From a virus, in IMG/VR virus record IMGVR_UViG_3300044699_000100, positions 779-64,778 of that record: a DNA stretch of 64,000 bases; one strand, written 5' to 3'. The stretch's first letter is position 1. Every line of letters starts with the position of its first letter. The position numbers were made by a program, and so were the translations under genes. Of this stretch, positions 63,980 through 64,000 are shown one piece after another. The notes below the pieces were generated by a model. The model did not search any database and had not been told where the DNA came from. It saw only the letters and a list, made by a program, of their open reading frames with translations.

Positions 63980-64000
63980 CTCCAAAGGTAAAGGGCTCTC
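63980..64000. repeat. 21-nt terminal overlap, identical to 1-21
   Basis: Exact match to the window start. Confidence 0.9.

Larger units (their letters stand above)
692..63991. promoter_or_regulatory. Dispersed 16-bp palindrome family TWACC-N6-GGTWA (consensus TWACCTYYRRAGGTWA), at least 52 copies
   Basis: Copies read by eye start at 692, 3562, 7590, 10420, 11794, 13222, 17439, 18098, 20332, 23746, 24299, 27852, 30545, 32153, 33500, 34869, 35357, 36951, 37785, 38764, 41754, 42867, 44420, 44753, 45128, 47993, 48670, 49420, 50147, 50531, 51062, 51537, 52827, 53656, 54285, 55090, 55935, 56238, 56992, 57629, 58789, 59161, 59979, 60205, 61301, 61370, 62149, 62308, 62625, 62755, 63808, 63976. The regulatory role is inferred. 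Confidence 0.85.

Noticed and set aside
692-63991. The palindrome as a NarL/NarP 7-2-7 site or a CtrA, FNR or LexA box
   Set aside because: The TAC...GTA span here is 14 bp against 16 bp for NarL/NarP. It does not match TTAA-N7-TTAA, TTGAT-N4-ATCAA or known LexA boxes.
1-64000. tRNA, rRNA or integrase genes
   Set aside because: No cloverleaf with T-loop and D-loop consensus, no rRNA-like tract, and no tyrosine or serine recombinase motif were recognised. A tRNAscan run would be needed to be sure.

Overview
The window looks like one complete, circularly assembled dsDNA tailed-phage genome of about 63,979 bp (bases 1-21 equal bases 63980-64000). It has a podovirus-like gene set: terminase, portal, scaffold, major capsid, head-tail and tail proteins, collagen-like fibres and large ejection proteins, with no tape-measure, tail-tube or sheath gene and no recognisable integrase. 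Late genes lie mostly on the + strand (914-36237), except the terminase pair. Replication and early genes lie on the - strand (36368-63961): primase/DUF927 helicase, SSB-like protein, SNF2 helicase, VRR-NUC, PD-(D/E)XK exonuclease, family A DNA polymerase, a MoxR-type AAA+/VWA pair and many small ORFs. Two signals stand out. (1) A TIGR-Tas-type RNA-guided locus at 51553-54045: a Nop/IS110-C-terminal-domain gene with no visible nuclease domain (TasA-like) sits between two arrays with a strict 36-nt period (9-nt repeat, 9-nt spacer, 9-nt repeat, 9-nt spacer), about 45 guide units in total. (2) A 16-bp palindrome, TWACCTYYRRAGGTWA, found by eye at 52 or more sites against about 0.25 expected by chance. 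It sits on stop codons, ribosome-binding sites, array ends and inside essential genes in all three frames, which suggests an uncharacterised genome-wide operator (stoperator-like) system. Caveats: single-base indels break many essential genes and are almost certainly sequencing or consensus errors, so several CDS spans are merged by hand. All counts and family assignments were made by eye and from memory, not by running searches.
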